This document shows, one piece after another, positions 1 to 64,000 of a stretch of DNA of 64,000 bases. The notes under the pieces were generated by a model. It saw only the letters and a program-made list of their open reading frames with translations. It searched no databases and was not told the DNA's origin. The translations under genes were made by a program, and so were the position numbers. This stretch comes from Eledone cirrhosa (taxonomy: Eukaryota). Location of the stretch: positions 30,194,001 to 30,258,000 of the forward strand of contig OZ024745.1 of assembly GCA_964016885.1 (NCBI GenBank), given 5' to 3'. How positions within the stretch are numbered: position 1 is the first letter of the stretch; each line of letters starts with the position of its first letter.

Positions 1-542
1 ATCTAGCTTCATATGTCTTCCCTTTAATAACTATCGGTCACATGCACAGAAAATTGGTTAGCAGTCGCTACTAAAGCTTGGGATTGGTGAGATATGGCAG
101 GGTCTGTGCACATCTGTAAGTCTTATTGTTAACCTTGGCAACCTTTGATTGACTGCGCCAATATTGCATGTGGGCACCTGATATGGAATTATTTGGTTGC
201 TTATTTCAGTCAGTCTGACACTAGCAATACATGACCACATAAACTCCTCTCCAACGTTCCTTCCATCTCCCCCAATGATGGATGAGAAAGCCAAAATATA
301 GGGGCTAATAAGGTAACTTCATCACTGGTTTTCATTTCATTTTACATTTCTTTTTCTTATTTCCTCCCCTCCTCTCATATCTCAATTCTTCCTACTGCCA
401 CCTGATTTGGTAACATGGAGATTTACCCATCTGCATTGTAGAGGCTTCCAAATACTATTTTTACTATTCCACAATGCTTGAAGCAAACTTAAACACTTAT
501 ATATATATACATATATATATATATAAGTCATATTAAACGTAC

Positions 543-63202
<62,660 letters not shown>

Positions 63203-63609
63203 CTAATGTGAAAGGAAAAAATTAACAGAATAGCTTACATTTCATTAGAAACAACATATTACATTGACTTTCCCCTCCTCATATTATATATATATATATA
63301 TATGTATAGTACCATAACTCCTGGTAGAGTTGTAAAGATGTTATAGTGACACAGCATATCTGGGGCATTTTGTTGGTTGAGCCCATCCCTTCTCTAAAGC
63401 TGAATATAACATATTCTCCCAGAGAAGAAGAGAAAGCACGAGAGAAAGGAAGTAAAAAAGAGTTATAGAGGAAGGATCATCTCCCTTGGCAAGATGAAAA
63501 GAAAAGTTGACTTCAGCAGGATTTGGACTCACTACTCATTTGAGTTGGAAGAAGAAATCCTGCTAAGCCTATCGAATGTTCCAACAACTGCCAATTTATG
63601 GCCTATGTT

Positions 63610-63670
<61 letters not shown>

Positions 63671-64000
63671 CATTATATTAATAAATGGAAACTATATTTC
63701 ATCATCATCATCATCATCATCATCGTTTAATGTCAACTTTCCACGCTAGCATGGGTTTAGATGGTAATTGTCCCACTTGAGGCAAGATTGATCGTCTCGC
63801 CTCGTATAGGACTGTCTGGCAGGTTTTCTACGGTTGGATGCCCTTGCTAACACCAACCACGTTTACTTTATTTTATTATATATATTTCAAGGGCAACCAA
63901 GGCAAATTATGGTGTGCTTTCATCAGATAAAATACACATTTGTTTTATATATAAATATTGACATATCAGTCATAAAAATGTTTAAGCTTGTTGAATCCCA

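Noticed and set aside
58-294. 78-aa minus-strand ORF open in all three copies (also 18822..19058 and 42899..43135)
   Set aside because: TTG start, no convincing splice context, and it overlaps a remnant of the repeat family at 21025-21587; its persistence is explained by recent duplication.

Overview
AT-rich, repeat-dense animal genomic DNA. The SINE, RTE and (TA)n content looks like an octopod cephalopod, which is an inference. The whole 64 kb appears to lie inside one minus-strand gene built from at least 24 micro-exons of 45, 48 or 51 nt. Every exon has AG/GT(A/C)GT splice sites and is phase-1 symmetric, and together they splice into a stop-free 1188-nt (396-codon) frame of 15-17-aa repeats (consensus about E-I-L-x-A-A-K-K-E-G-h-L-T-P-E-E). 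Each exon is preceded by a ~40-nt intronic element that is better conserved than the exons themselves. The exons form a 9-exon cassette tandemly duplicated about 2.7 times (1-18764, 18765-42841, 42842-end). The introns hold decayed RTE and CR1 LINEs, Penelope-like elements with hammerhead-ribozyme motifs and fold-back palindromes, tRNA-derived SINEs and one young non-autonomous LTR element. No start or stop exon of the gene is visible and I could not assign the protein to a known family. Exon coordinates were counted by hand; mobile-element boundaries are approximate.
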